Source: Phoronis australis
Taxonomy: Eukaryota > Animalia > Phoronida
Assembly: GCA_002633005.1 (NCBI GenBank)
Contig: NMRA01000201.1
Span: forward strand, 137,139 to 201,138
DNA length: 64,000 nt
Direction of reading: 5' to 3'
The notes beneath the pieces were generated by a model, which was given only the letters and a program-made list of their open reading frames with translations, did not search any database and was not told the origin of the DNA. Of this stretch, positions 50,401-64,000 are shown piece after piece. Positions within the stretch are counted from its first letter, which is position 1. Every line of letters begins with the position of its first letter. The translations under genes were made by a program, and so were the position numbers.

Positions 50401-53400
50401 NGACTAGATTCATGTAATCTGTTCAGTCCTGGACAATTGGTCATGTTGTTCTGACGCAGATACTTTCTAATGTGATGTCATAGAGCACACATCTCCTATG
50501 TTTGTTTAACCCAGCCTCCTGGCTTGTGTAAACCTTCTTACTTCAAAAGCCGTCTCTCTCCATCCTCACTCTGCCAACTGAAGGAGACTGGTTTGAATAC
50601 TTTCCCATACACAATTATTGGTACCCCTTTCTGCATATCAAGTACATCCTTTGTCATGGCTATAAAGAGTTGCTGTCCAGATGCTCAATCTATGGCAAAG
50701 AAAAATATCGAAAGAAAACTTGGAATGTTTTGCTTGTTTAATTTTTGTTGTCATGAATTTTTTTTCGCACAGATATGTGTTTGAAGTTGACGTTTAGTCA
50801 ACATTGTTTGTGTATTTTGTGGAAAAAATTTACTAAATCAACTCTGCCTCTTAGTCGAAGGAATATTTCGTTTTTAAGACATTTTCTTGGTACAATTAGT
50901 TCAGATTAGAGTATTTTTTATTTTATCTGCTGGTTAAATTTCTTGAGTATAGTAAAATTTCATCTGTGTGGGACATAAGATGGCTGACGAGTCAAATTTT
51001 ATTTTCTCCTTTTTCATAAAAGATATTTAGCACCAAAATAACGCTTTACCATTTTCAACAATATTTCGAAAAAAAAATGTGGTTATTCTCAATTATGGCA
51101 GAAGCACTTCAAAAATAAAGAAGGCAATTTTGACAATTATTTTCGTTTGAAATTGCCGAGATTTTACTGCAACTAACAGTTGAACAGGATGCAATGCGTC
51201 TACGCAAATGTCAGAACATAGTACACACCCAGCAAAACACAGTACACCGGTGGTTTCGCCCTCAGAGCAAATTGGCTAATGGAATTACCATGTTCAAATT
51301 AGTTAACTTCCAAACAAGCAAATTGAACCCATGTTATTGCCTGGAGAACATAAATCCTCTTGTTTGAAATTCATTGGAGTTAGTTATTTGAAGAGTTTAG
51401 CCCCTGACAAGCCCCTCTCATTTCATTTCGGGTCATTTCGTGCATCAGCTTACATGGATAAAGTTTGAACAATCGATGCTAGACTGCTAGGTCCATACAT
51501 CTCTTGGCTTTTTTCCAAGTTCTCTATCCAGAAAAGAGACTGATATTGTGGTGTGGTGCTATTTCTGAATTTATGTTGGGTTGTGATGGAATTGCGAGAA
51601 AAGTAGACTTGTTATTTTGTCAAATTTTCCAACAAAACCAATATTTAGAGTTTCATTGCATTGCTAACATACTCTGTACAAATACAGCAGTCCCTAATGA
51701 AATTTTTGTGAAAAGTTGAGCATGGGCAATAAATGTACCTGTTGTAAACTGTTGAAAAGAGGAAAACGGCAGTTTTACTGTATTTCTTTTAACCAAGATT
51801 ACTAATTTTTAGCGTTGACCAGATGGTTTTGAGAATGGTTATTTACACCTTGAAGAAAAATGCCTCAATTTAAGTTAAGATTATATGTGATGGTTCAACT
51901 GGTACCAGGGCTGTTTGTTTTTTAAATTAAAGAATACAGGTTTTACGTCAATGCGGTATTAAATTGTTAAGGCAGTGCTAAAATCTCTCCTTTCCATCAG
52001 GTTTTCATTTTACTGTAGTGCCAACACCAGAGTTTCTATGTCTATGACGTCATTTAAGTCAATTTTTGAAGTCGTTGGCTGATGTGCTTGGCCAAGCCAA
52101 TCTGGTATAAAACTTCTTGAATTTCCGCTTCTGCTTCTTAACTGTCTGCTCATGATGTCGTCATGGTGAAATTAAGTGAATTCTGGGAGGAATCAAGTTT
52201 GACATTTCACTCCTCACCACCATGTTAGGCAGCAATAGACAGGGTTTTATTTTTAGAACATCTTGCGGCTTTTCACTCAACATACATAATTGAGAGTTGT
52301 GAAATCTTAAAGTCCTACCATTGCTAAACTATCATCACCTTTTTTAACAATCCCTTACATTACTTAAAACATGGTCTTCTTTTAAACTTCACCTTAAGCA
52401 AAAAAATGTTTGTTTAATTCCCATTTATGAGACCCCTTGGTTGTACACTCCAGTTAAACTGTTGACCTCGATGTTCATTATAGGTTGTCAGTCTGCAAGT
52501 GGGATTTCCTGTTTTCTTTTTTTTAATTGTGTAGATTCTGGTGGTACTTTTTTTGAGGATGATTGATGAGAAGTGGTTGATGCCTTTCCAGCATGTTGAT
52601 TCTACTACTGAAACAATTTCTTCTGGAATATTCTGAGGCTGAAAACGCCTCACTTCTAACTAGTCCTCTACAATTAAAGTCAAATCCAGTTACCGATCCT
52701 CGTTAATGAAGTGGCCGATGATGGGCTGACTTTGGGGGACTGCACCGCAATAGTTCAGAAGTGGCTAAGCAGGGGATAATGTCTTGAGGACAGAACACCA
52801 GCCACTGAATCTGTGCATGACATAGTCCTGCTCAGAAGACCTCAGTAGGCAAGTGACTTCAGTTTGGGAGATCAGGTGTCAAACTTCTTTGCAGAAATAC
52901 CAAATGAAAAATAATACTTAGTTGTTAGTTAGTGGTATGTGTGGTATATATCTGTAACCAAGACCAATTGTTTGTTAGCAGTTTGCTAAGCCTTTGAAAA
53001 ATAACAATGACAACCATAGCAAGTATTTTGGTACAAGTTAGATTTTGCTGCTTTAGTTATCAAGTCTGCCATACTCTATAACTACTCCCCACTATCGGGG
53101 GGGGGGGGGGGGNATGTCATTGCCACACATGTCATTAGCTCAAAGCCTTGTGATTTGTAATGTTCGTAATAACTATTCGATTTATCAGCTGCTCAAACTA
53201 AAGTGCAATTAATAGGTGTGTGAGATGGTTACATGGCAGCGTTTTATGATTTTCCAGCCTTCGTGCACGAGGCAATTTCCTGAGTCGCAACCTTGCTATG
53301 GTTTGTGTAAAATCGGGCGTGTAATTGAGTCTAACGCTTCATCAAGCTATGTTTGAGTTCTTCCTGTTCTGTTAGAGAGCACCTGGAACTGTCTCAGCTG

Positions 53401-56400
53401 ATCCAATTAGCCTCTCGTCTTTTTCACATCTCTTAGTTGAATACTAGAATCCTTAGCTTGGAAAGGACCAGTAGAATTAGGCCCTACCATCCTGTGAATA
53501 GAGATTCAAATTTTCTGCTGACTTATTCATGCTGTCGGGTATTAAAGAGTATCGTTTCTCGTAAAAAGCTCACAAGTACGCGCAGTACAAAGCGACGTTT
53601 TGCAAACTTAGCAAAGAATTAGCTTACCGTTCCGGTTACAATGCAAATATTATGTTTAATTAATTAACTTTGTGTGCTGGCATTCCTGGACTATGCCAAT
53701 TTGCCTTTCTAACTTATCACCGCCAGTACTACATTCAGCTCTCAACCAATATTGGCTGACCAGATAATCAATTGCTATTCGATTGTTTGCTCAGCTAAAA
53801 AACTCCAGTATGGTGAATGGCCTGAGATCCAGTCAATATATAGCGCTCTTGCTTCGGGCCTTGGCCACTATTACTTCTAGTCAATTTCATACATTGTCTT
53901 CGGCGCGATGTTTGTTTTCTTGATTGATCAAGTCGAGGTTGGCAGCTCCTAACGTTGCGATTACGTATGAAATATTGAAAACCAATGTCGAAGGAATCCA
54001 TATATTCTGTCATTTACAAACCTTAAACTGCTTTGTGTGGTTGTAGAGAATTCACAGTCTTCCTGTCCTTACATCCCCACCTCCGCTCTCTACACTGGTC
54101 CCCTCCCCTGGAATTGAGACAAAACGTTGTGTTACCATACAAGAAATGAATTGGCATTATACTGTTAACATTTCTTTTTTAATGGCCTGGCCTATTGAAT
54201 CAAAGGGTAAATTCTTGTTCAATGTAAAACTGACAACTTTTGTTCCCCAAGAGTGGTTCGTTAGTGCACTGAACAAAAGACGGGTTCATTTCATTGACAT
54301 TTACCCTAATTACACAATGTCTCCTTCCCTGTCTGCCTTTCGTCAACCTTCATCCATTATGTATGCTGATCTGCTTCTGTCGGGTCTTTATCTTAGAAAT
54401 TGAATTTTTGGTGAACCTTCAATGTCCTTTGTACAGTAATTGTGAACTGTTTGATCAACGTGTGATTATGTCGAGACACCATCGCAGTCTTTCATTCGTT
54501 AAGCATTTTAGGCTATAAATATTTCCTTCCAATAACTTGCACTTTTCTTATGTTTCAATCATTTTGTCCATCATTGGTGAGTAATTGTTATTCAAGTTGA
54601 CAGTCAAAGGTGCCTCAAACCAGCAACCAATTCTTCATTTTGTATTTGTAATTGTCCTTTGTTTTAACTCACAGAAGCGACAATAATTTCCTATAATTTA
54701 CACTTGCTTGGCAGGCTGCTCTTGTTTTTTCAGACAAATCAATAAAAGTTAGTACCATTGTGTAATATTGTTTCAATCATTTATCGTTCTGTGAAGTGAA
54801 GAGCAGAGATTTTAAACGTGGTAAAGAACTTTCAAACATAAGTCAAGACTTTTAAAAATGGCTTGCAAACATGCTAATACACTTGATTATGGTTTGGAGC
54901 TTTGCAAAAGTGAATAGAGAATTCTGAACCTGGCCTCGTGGTGAATACCCTTAACGTCGCAGTGTTTGACGCCATGTTGCATTTGGCGGCTTGACGGAAA
55001 TCCCAGGCTGCCAAACAAAATCTGAATCGCTTAAACTGACATCAAGTCATCAACTAAAGAAAGGTGTATTCTGTTCTCACAAAATTGTAGTTTTTTAGTT
55101 TCTCCCTGTAAACAATGTGCACCATTCAATTTCTAACACAATTCCTCTTGCCTATAAAGAATGCAGATGATAGCATACACTGAATGCACGTGTTTCATAG
55201 TTGCACCATGGCCCGATTTTTTTTTCCAAACAGTTCCTACTTCGTTATCTACTTTGTGTTTGATCTGTCCCGCAAATGCAATGATTTCACAAAAGGTATT
55301 GAGTCTAGGAAAACTGTTAATAATTTAAAGTTTGGAAATCTCCACAAATTTTGAAACTAATTCTAGGGAAATATTATTTGACTTTGATGATAATTGCTGT
55401 GGCGACTTGGTAATTTCAACCAGGTCGCCAAATACAATCTGAACTCGCATAACTTGGGAGGGGACCCTAGGAAAATGCCCAGATTTGAATATCACAGCTG
55501 GGGGATGGCTGATCGGATTCAAATGAAGTCTTTGGATACTGTGTTTTATATACACTGTTTGCCAAAACCCTGTTTGGAACTTCTTAAACATGTTCTACTC
55601 TTGCACGAGGGGCCGTTAAAATTGGAACTTTAAAGATTTTTATGTAAAACAAAACCTTAATTGGGAATACTCTGGCAGCTTTTTTGATATTTCATCTTGA
55701 GCAAATTAGAGATATAAATGGTCATGTTATTTATATCTATGTTTAGCAGTAAAAGTATGTTTTTAAATTTTACGAGAAAAACATTGTCATGTGACTCAAT
55801 CACAGTTAGTGTCAGATTGTCGTAGTCAAAGATTTTTTTTCAGGCCGTTTACTTTCAGAAAATATTGAATTGTACATAGTGGATATTTGACTATGGTACT
55901 TCTTCACATATTTAACTCACAATATGGCGGAAGGTGAACTGTTTCCTTGAAATTTTGAATGAAAATATACATTCCGAAAATTTTAGCCTGTTACTAACTC
56001 GATCCCAACTGAGTTGTTATAAAACAACATTTGGTAAAATTCCCAGGACTTTAGCACAAATGAGTTGTCCATTAGTGTTGCTTGATGGGCTGTGTTGTCA
56101 GTGAATGTCTGGGTGTCTTTGTTGGCATCCCATTCCATTCCGTGGCATTTCTTTGTGAAGAAGGCACCCTGCAAAGGCTGTAAACTTGAGATTGTTTTTT
56201 AATGTGCGCTCTTAGTGTTGATTTGACAGTTAAGTCCAGTTCTATATCTTCTGAACTCTAAATATTAGAGTGTGCAAAATTGTAGAGTCGTTGCTGTAAC
56301 TTTGCAGTTTACAGTGGCGCTCCTTTAGCGTCGGTCCTGTAGCACTGGAGTTGAGTTAATATGATAGTGTCCAAAGTATCCTTGTCTTTGCTTGGACAGC

Positions 56401-58116
56401 TGTTCGTTTTTTCTTGTTCTTACATTTTTGTTGCCGTAAGGTCAATTTTATAAGCCCTGTCTGACTGTGAAAGTCATCTTCGAAAAATTGGAGTGTGTGC
56501 ATGAAAGTCGTAATTGAAAAATTGGAGTAAATACACTGGTGCTCAGACAGGATTTTTTTAGCTAAAAAGTTTTACACGTACCTGTACATTAAAAAAATAT
56601 ATCAAAGTGAGCAGATGGAGACATACATCTTGGGGCTCAATTTCTGATGGTATATGTCTTGAAAAAAGAACTGCTTGCTTACGAAAGTGATCAGTTCCCT
56701 GTTGTGTGCTGTTGTTTCATATTATCAAGCTATAATTGCCATTGGACAAAACCAGCCTTCTTTCCATAGAGGCGAAAAATTCTCGAAAACTAGATCACGC
56801 AAGACTTTCCAAGATATTACTATGCATTGCAAGCAATGTACGTGATCTCACTAATTTTTCGTGCTCAGTTATTGAGTTTACAGAACTCTCCTTGGTTTTG
56901 AAAGCATTTTGTGCAGCTCGGTTATGAGAAGTGGACTCAAATGGGGGTACTCCTATTTACTGCATCCGGGGGTGTTCCCGAATTCAGAGAGTGGCAAGGT
57001 CACTTTTTGCTTAGGTACATTACTTCACAGGAAACTTTCTACAGTTCCCTTACTCACCCACATTGCTGCGGGCGTGGATCAAGGGGGTCAATCTTTTAAT
57101 GCACTTTTTGCTCTGCGAAAGAGAATTGGTGAATTCTGGATATGACAGTTGGCAAATACTCTCGAGTCTTCAGCAGTGGAGCACTGAGACTTGGGTCAGT
57201 CCCAGGCACGTATACCGTTGTTGGAGACTTGCCCCTATGATCAAATACCATTGTCTGGTGGCTGGCTGTCACACCCTACATTAGTATGCATGGTCAGTGC
57301 TAACTCTGTGTCGGTGCATTAGAAATTTTCTAGCTGAGCCACAATCGATAATTCGAAATTCAAACCTTGAATTTCTTTAATGAGTGCCAGAGGTGATTAT
57401 TCGAAAATCAATGACTGACCATTCCACTCAAAAACACTGGGGTTGAACAGAGATAGAAACTATAGCCTGCCACATGTTCTTGTCATGTTGCGTGAGCACA
57501 GTAGAATTAAATACAAACGAATCGAAATACGAACTAATCAAATGTTTTTGAGAAAGACATTATCACCTATGTTAATGTGTGGTCGTATGAATGTTGTGAT
57601 GAGTTTAATCGACTCATGATGCTGACATTGTAAGTCTGGATTTGTAAATGAAAGTACGGTTGAGTTCATGCCTGGTCAAATGTAGTACATATTATATTTG
57701 TCTTCCTATATTTGGACTTGAGACTAACTTTATAAAGCCTAACCTGTAATAGTTAACCAGCACCAAACTGGTTCTCAAAATCTGGGGCCTCTCTAAGTGA
57801 CAAGTTAAGATGTTGCTGCAGAGTTCTCTCAGTTTTGTTTGCATTGTCATTTCACGATGGTTTGTTTTAAAGTTGTTGTCAATGTAATTCTGCCTTCGTC
57901 CAGGTATATTTGTTAAAGTTGTCATTTTTGTGTTTTTTTTAAAGACTGAGAGGTTGAAAACAACAGGAGCTTCAGTAGGTGTTTTGTCATTTACACTGTA
58001 CAGTGGAAGTTAATGAAAGACCAAACTAGAATTTCACTTGTCCGCCATATTGTGTGCTAAATATAGGTGAAGAATTTTGTGACTGTTTAATTAAACACGT
58101 GTTTCATTGATTGTAG

Positions 58117-58165
58117 GTCGAGGGCGGGCAACTCATGTACGACAAAGTCACAACAAGACACAGGG
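58117..58165 (+). CDS. msi: Musashi exon 7 (VEGGQLMYDKVTTRHR-G)
   Basis: Acceptor tttcattgattgtag, donor G|gtaagt, 49 nt. Corresponds to MSI VEDAMLMFDKTTNRHRG. The gene continues past this exon. Confidence 0.93.
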
Positions 58166-58259
58166 GTAAGTTGTGTGGAACATTAACTCAGAATACCTTA
58201 GCCTGGTGAGAGCGCAGGACCGTCTTTCATTTAACCCAATTTCTAATTCTGTAATTGCT

Positions 58260-58290
58260 TTCATTCATTCATTCATTCATTCATTCATTC
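58260..58290. repeat. (TTCA)n microsatellite
   Basis: About 7.75 perfect copies, roughly 95 nt downstream of exon 7. Confidence 0.95.
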
Positions 58291-61200
58291 TGCCACAGGA
58301 GAACCAAGGCAATCTGACAGCATGTTGGTCGTGTAGCATTTTTCTTCAAATCACAGAAACTCTTCATTGAATTGAGAGGAGCATAGGCATTTTAAAAGCG
58401 AACATATCGCGAGTGAACCTCAAACTTGCATCAGCCTTGTCTAGTGGTGTTGTTGGAACATCTTATCCCTCTGCTTGAGGAATGCAGGCTCCAGCTGTTT
58501 ATTTGTAGGCTGGGAAGTCCAGCTTGCTTTAACTTTTATCAAAAACATGTGTTCCAAGAATAGTAGAGACATATAGTTATTAATTGAATGGCATTCTGCA
58601 GGCATGCTCAGTGTTCCGTGTAAAAATAGCCCAAAATAATCCCAGTGTTTTTCGGCTAATTTTACTGTGGGAATTTTTGCATTGGGACACAAGTTTTCTG
58701 GGATTCTGAGTTCCACTAAATTGCACAGGAATAATGCCATGAGTTGACAGATTGCACTGCACCAAAGGCAATGCTTTAATCATGCTCTGATGGACTGTGG
58801 CATTTTCAAGGCCTGATGGGATTTTCGATGGCATACAACAGATAAGTGGAAATAATGCCTGAAAAGGATTCCTGCAATTCCAAAGGACAAACTTTTGTGA
58901 TGGCTCTAAAAACAGTATGCCAGCACTGTTTTTTTTTTTTTTTGGCCATTCCAGGGATGGGGATTTGTGATGTGGGGACAGGTGTCTGGGTATGTGCCAC
59001 TTTTGTATCTTGGTCAAGCTGGGTGTGGCCAAGCGTCAGTCAAGCAGGATTTTATTTATTTATTCTGGGGAATCAACTGGTAATTGTTTGTTTGAAAAGT
59101 GTTGAAGGATACACTTGAATGGATTTTGACAAATATGGCAATAAGTTCTGCAAACACCCGCTAGTCAGATTGAGTCAACACATTTAAACAGTGTGCATGG
59201 GGTCATTTATGAAGTGGGGATGTGGTGGTTTATTACAAAGTGGAATATAGCTGTTGTATCCTGTGTCATATTTCGGGACAGTCGTCCTTCCTATACGTTT
59301 TTAGATCGGAAAACCTGTCTTTTGAGTTCAGAAAACCAGCCAGAGGTATTGTGTTAGTGCCCGTGCTGAAGGATTTCCAACAATTGCCAATAAATAGGAA
59401 GGTTAATAAAACCTTATGTTAAAGAATGTCCTAATTACTGAAACAAATACTAGACTTGCACTCAGCAGAAAATTCTACTGTGATTGTAGTGCGAATTGCT
59501 GCTACAAAATCGTGGCCGATTATCTCCCTGGTTGCTACGGAAACCGAATGAAGTCCCTTGAAAGTGGCCATTAGGACTTGATCAGTAGCACACGTCTTTA
59601 ATTAAGCTGGGTATGCTTTGAGGAGATTTACAGGTTCAATGAGAGTGAGATGCTGTTTCGCCTTTTTGAATCTGCTTCAGTATTCAGAAATGACTTTGGT
59701 TCATTGGATTTGATTGTACGAAATCTCTTTATATTGTTTTTGCTCCAAGTCTTCCTCTAGTTGGTAACCCTTCAGGGTGCCTTTTTTTGATCTGTTCCCC
59801 TGGAGGGGACAACTCAAAAAACACCAGCCACCTCTTAACACTATTGCAATGTTTTGGCTTCTGCTGCTTGATTAAACTTAGCAGAATTCCATCTCCATTC
59901 GCCCAGCTCAGCTAAGCGTGAGAAACCGTATGGGGCCCCTGGCACAGTAGGGTACCAGCTTCCATCAGCCTGTTGGGAAGTAAATATTGTCCTAGAAGTC
60001 TTCAATGGTTGTTGCTATTGAACCATCAAGCTGCCTATAAGCTGCGTGTTTGTTCTAGAAACATGCCTAACCAAGCCCATTGTCGTGGTATTCACTGGTG
60101 CACAACCGATGGTCTTGACCCTCACAAAATTGGGGTCAAGCGGGCTGAATGGGTCACGGGTCAAGTTTCCGTGTTACACAGCAAATTGATAAAGTCATGG
60201 TTGGCGTTTTGACAAAAGATGCTCAGAAACACTTTTATGCTGCCACAACTAACGCCTTTGGTTGCTAATTAGTTGTTTTGTTGAGTTAAATCATCGCAGT
60301 GTTGACTTGGTCCACATGGCAAGGGTCTATAATGCAATCCCACTGTTTGCAGTCAGGGAAATACGCAAATTTGACTCTGTCACTTGTAAGCTGACTCTTT
60401 CTTCTCCTGTTTTTTCAAGACAAACTACCTAAGCCTGAGTTGTCTGAAAGTAACTGCTGTGTACGACTTGTTCTCTGCGATTTTGTCATCCATTGTTGCA
60501 TTCAGTCTTTCTGTAATGAGCGTATTCGTTGGGCGGTGCCAAATACATTATGACCGGTTTTAGATGAAAACGTTTGTTTGCAGGGTTTGATTTAAAATCA
60601 GTTTTTCAGCACTGTGGTTGTCCTATGAGACGGCACAATCTCTGGAAGACTTGAAGTCTTAAGTCTGTCTACCTATCCCCAGAGACATACATTCAACTGT
60701 GTGAAAGTGAAGTGAAAGTGAAAGATGTGATACTATAGACCTCTTCACACCAATTTTGTTCTTGTATGCCAGTCAACAAAATTTGGCGAAATGGCAAGGG
60801 ATGGCTTGAAACGGGTAATTTGGGACAAAAAAGACTTCGTATGCAACACCATCCATGGGAGTCTTCGCCATATAGCAATGAATGTTTGCATTGTTTTTTT
60901 CGTTCCCACTCCGTGTAAGCCCATTCTGTCGTATTTTTGAGAATGTGTTCAAGGTGTAATATAGGCCTATGACAAATGATGACATCTGCCACTGTGCCTT
61001 TCTACATGAACCCAGAAACTTAAAATAAATTTTTTCTGGAATTAATCCTGGCAAAGGTGATGAAGCTGAGAATCCCGTCAAATTTATATCCCAGTGCAAA
61101 AAAAGTTACCTTTTAGAAACTTGCTGGAATAAATGGTGGAAATATTTCCAGCGATGCTCTCACGGGAACATCACCGCGACAGCACCACATGCTGTGCACT

Positions 61201-63169
61201 GTCATTCCTCGTCATCCTGTTAGACTATGTTGTCTCTCCTGCACTCTGTTGCTGTAATTCATTGATCGTGGTGTGGGCATTGGGAAAAAGACTTTTTCTG
61301 AACTCTGAGGAGTTATTTCTCATTAACTCTTGTTGACTTTAGTCACTTGGCAGCTTTGTGTCTTCAACAAGGGGCTGTTGGACTGAATTGTTAGTCAAGT
61401 GAATGAGCTGTTTTTCACAACGTTGATTGTCTATTGGCTTTGTGGCAGCTCTTTTGGTAAACAAGGTACGTGTTGTTGTGTCATTCACAGGACTGTCTGG
61501 AGGCAGTCTTCGCCTTTCATTGGCGTTCCTGGACTCAGGTGTTGTGTCTGGGGTCTTGTGTCAAATTATTGAATAGAATCATTAGTTGAATAGAAATGCA
61601 AGTTGAATAGAACTGTATTGCAACCTGTTATGATAATCTGGAGATTGGAGGTTTTTGCATTGGACCCAGTATGGCCTTACTACACCCCCCCCCNTGGCCA
61701 AATTAAAACTGTAGTAGACCCTCACAATGCACTACTTGATTTGACTCATCGCTGTAGTAAGAATCTATTATGCTGTGGTGAGCTTGGCTCACCTACGTAG
61801 AATTTGAAAAACAATTCTTGAGTTTGGATGTTTGGCATAGTGTCAACATGGACTTTCTAACCTATCCATGACTGTCATAATTCCTGACGACACTTGGATG
61901 CGCATCCCAGTCATTGTAGTAGCCTTGACCTTGGCTAACATGTTGACATATGATCCTCAGTCCTAAGACCAGATCCAGCTGAAAAGTAGTTTTCTTCATA
62001 TTTGTGTTTCAAGGCAGGCTGGTTCATTATTGTTCAGTGTCAAACATGTGTTGAGATCTTGCCAGTTGGTCTGTTTGAACAACAAACTCATTAAAACAGT
62101 GCTTAAACTATTGGAAATCAATTGTCGAATACAAACATCCTGAATAAGTCGAATAAATCAGCTTGTGTTCTCGCTCCATTCTTGGCTATTCTTGGTAGAG
62201 AAGGAACATAGCGTTAAGAATGACTAGTATTTCGATGTTTGATGACTTATATGCCAACATTGGTAGCTTTCTGCATGCAACTCAACTTTCACTATTGCCG
62301 CATATCACCATTGCATATTCTCATACCAGTAGACAAACCTGCGGGGTGGCGGCACCGGTCACGGTCCCATGATTTGTAGTAATATTTGCACAAAAGCACA
62401 ATAGACGATTGGTGACTGTAACCAGCTGTTTGTGTTTCGGCATCGATCTTGCAGTGTCTTATTTGAACAACATCAGAGGTGTGTCTATAGTCATTGGATT
62501 TCAAAAAATGACCATGAATATTTCAGCGTGAACTAACAACAGCTGTGCGGGTGACGAAACGCATATTTGACCATCGGGTGTCATTGGGAAATTATCTTCT
62601 TTAGATGAAAAGTACTCGTGGGTTAGTGGGCAAACATTCATAGCAAATTTTTGTGGATCATGCAATGGACAAATAAATCCAGAAAATGTCATGCTGCTGT
62701 CAAAAGTTTTGTCTTGTCTGTCCTTGGTTTCCAACCTGTCTATGAGAGGTTTCCAGTCACTGGCAACAAAGAGTCCATTCGAACTCATTGGCTCTCAGAC
62801 AGATAAAGTGATTTACCAAACTTCTGTCCAACTTGGCTGAAGGCATATGTATTGTAATTGAGTGCTGAATGTCTGCTGTGGTGCCAAGTGGCCCTGGTAA
62901 AGCTGTTGCTTAGTAACCTCTTGACACTGGCTGACCTCAGAAGCTAGATAGAAGTTCACAGTGGCAGTCCAGTCCTAACTTCTGTTTTTAATGACCATCT
63001 GGGCTTTTTGGCACTTTCTTTGTTTATCTTGGCCATTCTGCTAGTTGTATTATTGAAGTAAGAAAGACCAGTAGTGGTTTTGGCACACCCACTCAAGGTT
63101 ACAGGACACTGTTGAAATTTCTTTGAACGGGACTTACACGGTAATCCTTCACTTATTTCGCACACAATT

Positions 63170-64000
63170 AGTAGTCAAAATTGTCATTTTTTAATTTTCA
63201 AAGGCTGAGTACTTTGCTGCAAATAATAGAAAATTACTAAATGTTGCTTGTTGACATCTATACAGTACTGACCAAGCCAAATTAACTAAAGATGGCGGCT
63301 CTGGCACATTTTCACCCATTTTCAATCGTTCTGCTGTCGCATTTTCAACGTGAAGAGCAAAAGTTCTGCGATAACGTTTTTCTCAGACTTACCGTTTTCG
63401 AGTTATTTGACTTTGAATTTAAAAAAAAACATAAAATTACAATTTTTTCGAAAAATTTATGGAATGTTGCGAAACTATCAATTTAGATAGAATTTGGAAC
63501 AGGCTTTCAGAACATTTTTTCCATTTTTCGCTACGACGTCTACTTTTTGAATTATTCGAGATTTTCTGATAGCGCTGTTCCGTTGTTGACAGCTCTTGCT
63601 GCACTGATGTTGGTTTAGCTTCTGTTGAACGAGACCATGAAGACATTGCTCATAGAGGCCGCATGTTTCGACGTGCAGGGCTGAAAGTTGGTACAATTAT
63701 TATAGCACACAAGCACTACAACTGCGCCGTAAATCTAACTTCCGGTCAAAGATGGCGGAAATATCGGCAATGGTGCATGCATACCTCGATAACTGGCCGA
63801 AAACGTTTTCTCCTGTAGAGGGCGCATTGGCGAACCAATCATTTTCAAACTGGTCACGTGTTTGTTGCTTTTGATCAGCTTTTATAAAATTTTGTTAAAC
63901 TGGAAGTCACTTTCAAGATGGCGGCCTGGCGCATTTTCATATTTATTTTCTTTATCTTTATTTTTGTTGTTGAATATGACAAAATAGAATTTCGATAGTC
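63170..64000. mobile_element. Probable interspersed repeat (CpG-rich, internal direct repeats), running off the window end
   Basis: Abrupt rise in CpG. The block aagatggcggc(t)ctggcRcattttca recurs at 63289 and 63915, with a third AAGATGGCGG at 63749. The termini were not identified. Confidence 0.4.

Noticed and set aside
53097-53113. Poly-G run ending in N (also the C-run at 15825-15842) as G-quadruplex elements
   Set aside because: These are simple homopolymers with uncertain base calls and no supporting context.
58441-59118. Longest ORFs in the track (150 aa at 58580-59032 on the minus strand, and overlapping ones)
   Set aside because: No recognisable domain. The poly-Lys comes from a T homopolymer, and the ORFs are intronic and mostly antisense.
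3133-59925. Scattered Su(H)/CSL sites (CGTGGGAA or CGTGAGAA at about 3133, 9588, 10724, 50310, 59917)
   Set aside because: They are unclustered, not in a paired-site arrangement, and about as frequent as chance predicts for 64 kb.
60575-60640. gtttgtttgcag|GGTTTGATTTA as Musashi exon 8
   Set aside because: It reads G-F-D-L-K-S rather than the required [10 protein letters not shown]1, so exon 8 probably lies outside the window.

Overview
AT-rich eukaryotic (metazoan, probably invertebrate bilaterian; inference) genomic DNA. The short six-frame ORFs are essentially noise. The one well-supported gene is a spliced + strand Musashi-family (MSI1/MSI2-like) two-RRM RNA-binding protein, which I assembled by hand from seven GT-AG-bounded, phase-consistent coding exons (23146-23204, 23349-23389, 23547-23628, 24209-24293, 25583-25624, 47399-47494, 58117-58165). 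They encode [151 protein letters not shown](G). The gene is incomplete: I did not find the next exon (RNP1 of RRM2), which probably lies beyond the window. A promoter with GC-box, CRE and CCAAT motifs sits at the end of a CpG-richer zone (about 17.4-23.6 kb). The rest is intronic or intergenic DNA with several MITE/foldback elements, a 63-bp minisatellite and short tandem repeats. Leads worth testing: a UAG/Musashi-element cluster in intron 3 (possible autoregulation), tandem RFX X-boxes, convergent CTCF motifs, candidate recursive splice sites, candidate extra exons and divergent RNA-contact residues. I found no CRISPR array, prokaryotic system or clearly new biological system. All motif calls are by eye and unvalidated.
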